Assembly: GCA_965216565.1 (NCBI GenBank)
Contig: OZ244170.1
Coordinates: 224,001 to 288,000 of the forward strand
DNA: 64,000 nucleotides
Direction of reading: 5' to 3'
From: Bythopirellula sp.
GTDB lineage: Bacteria > Planctomycetota > Planctomycetia > Pirellulales > Lacipirellulaceae
The translations under genes and the position numbers were made by a program. Position 1 is the stretch's first letter; the number at the start of each line of letters is the position of its first letter. This document shows positions 63,449-64,000 of the stretch, piece by piece. The notes under the pieces are model-generated. The model ran no database searches. It had not been told where the DNA came from and was given only the letters and a program-made list of their open reading frames with translations.

Positions 63449-63562
63449 CGTCGTCTTTCCGTTTGAACGTGAGAGAATGGGGAGAGTCAGCAGCGACCTT
63501 CAGAATGGCATTAGCAGCCACTTTTCGCAACCCCCGGCCCAGACACGGTGAAACACCCCAAA

Positions 63563-64000
63563 CTAAGTCCGAAGCGTTTGGCTGATCCCGGCGGCGATGG
63601 GCAGAAATATAAGCACCGGCAGCCAGGCGGCGAGCGTCGGCCTGAGCAGGCTAACGCCGCCCAGCGATTGGCCGGCCAGTGTCACCACCGAAAACGCGAC
63701 GGCTACCACGATGCACAGGCCGATGGAAAGAAACATATTGCGATTGCCGCGAGTGAACATCAGCGGTAGCCCCAGCATCAACAGTGTGCCGTCCATGATT
63801 GGCTTTAAGAATCGAGAGTGAACGGCCACCTGCACATCGGGTCCCAAGTCTGTGGTGGGATTGCTTAGTTCGCGAATGAGTTCACCCGTCGATGCATAGT
63901 TCCTCCAAGTCGAACCGCTAGCCAGCAATTCGAATCGAACCTGAGAAACAACAAATACTTGCTTGGCTTCGAGCCAAGGTGTATCGCTGGGCATCAACAC
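63563..64000 (-). CDS. LptF/LptG-family permease, C-terminal part (5'-truncated)
   Basis: HSRFLKP..LLMLGLP and LAAWLP. Confidence 0.75.
   Translation of the reverse strand: MLMPSDTPWLEAKQVFVVSQVRFELLASGSTWRNYASTGELIRELSNPTTDLGPDVQVAVHSRFLKPIMDGTLLMLGLPLMFTRGNRNMFLSIGLCIVVAVAFSVVTLAGQSLGGVSLLRPTLAAWLPVLIFLPIAAGISQTLRT

Overview
Window from a planctomycete chromosome (Pirellulales/Lacipirellulaceae-like, judged from the 16S sequence and the DUF1559, DUF1552/DUF1592 and PEP-CTERM/dockerin genes). The left part holds a stand-alone 16S rRNA gene (no 23S, no spacer tRNA), aroH, a putative nucleotidyltransferase toxin-antitoxin pair, a HEAT/Hint protein, pseudouridine catabolism genes, thrC and a Ser/Thr kinase / FHA-EAL / MMPL cluster. 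The centre (23387-50579) is a tandem array of two genomic islands at tRNA-Leu(UAA). Three copies of the 58-bp tRNA 3' half delimit them, and both islands share ~325-bp left ends and ~330-bp right ends. Neither encodes a recognisable integrase. Island A (8159 bp) carries a complete phoR-pstSCAB-phoU-phoB module. Island B (18948 bp) carries what looks like a galactosaminogalactan/Pel-type (alpha-1,4-GalN/GalNAc) utilisation locus: GH135, GH114, GH109, an HGSNAT-like acetyltransferase, two DUF4832/4874 proteins, PEP-CTERM proteins and a symporter. The right part is core-like: leuA with a Leu-codon attenuator, an AAA ATPase, an aldo/keto reductase, DUF1552/DUF1592, a PQQ-like propeller, a cyclophilin and a partial lptF/G. 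Family assignments come from motif recognition by eye, not database searches.
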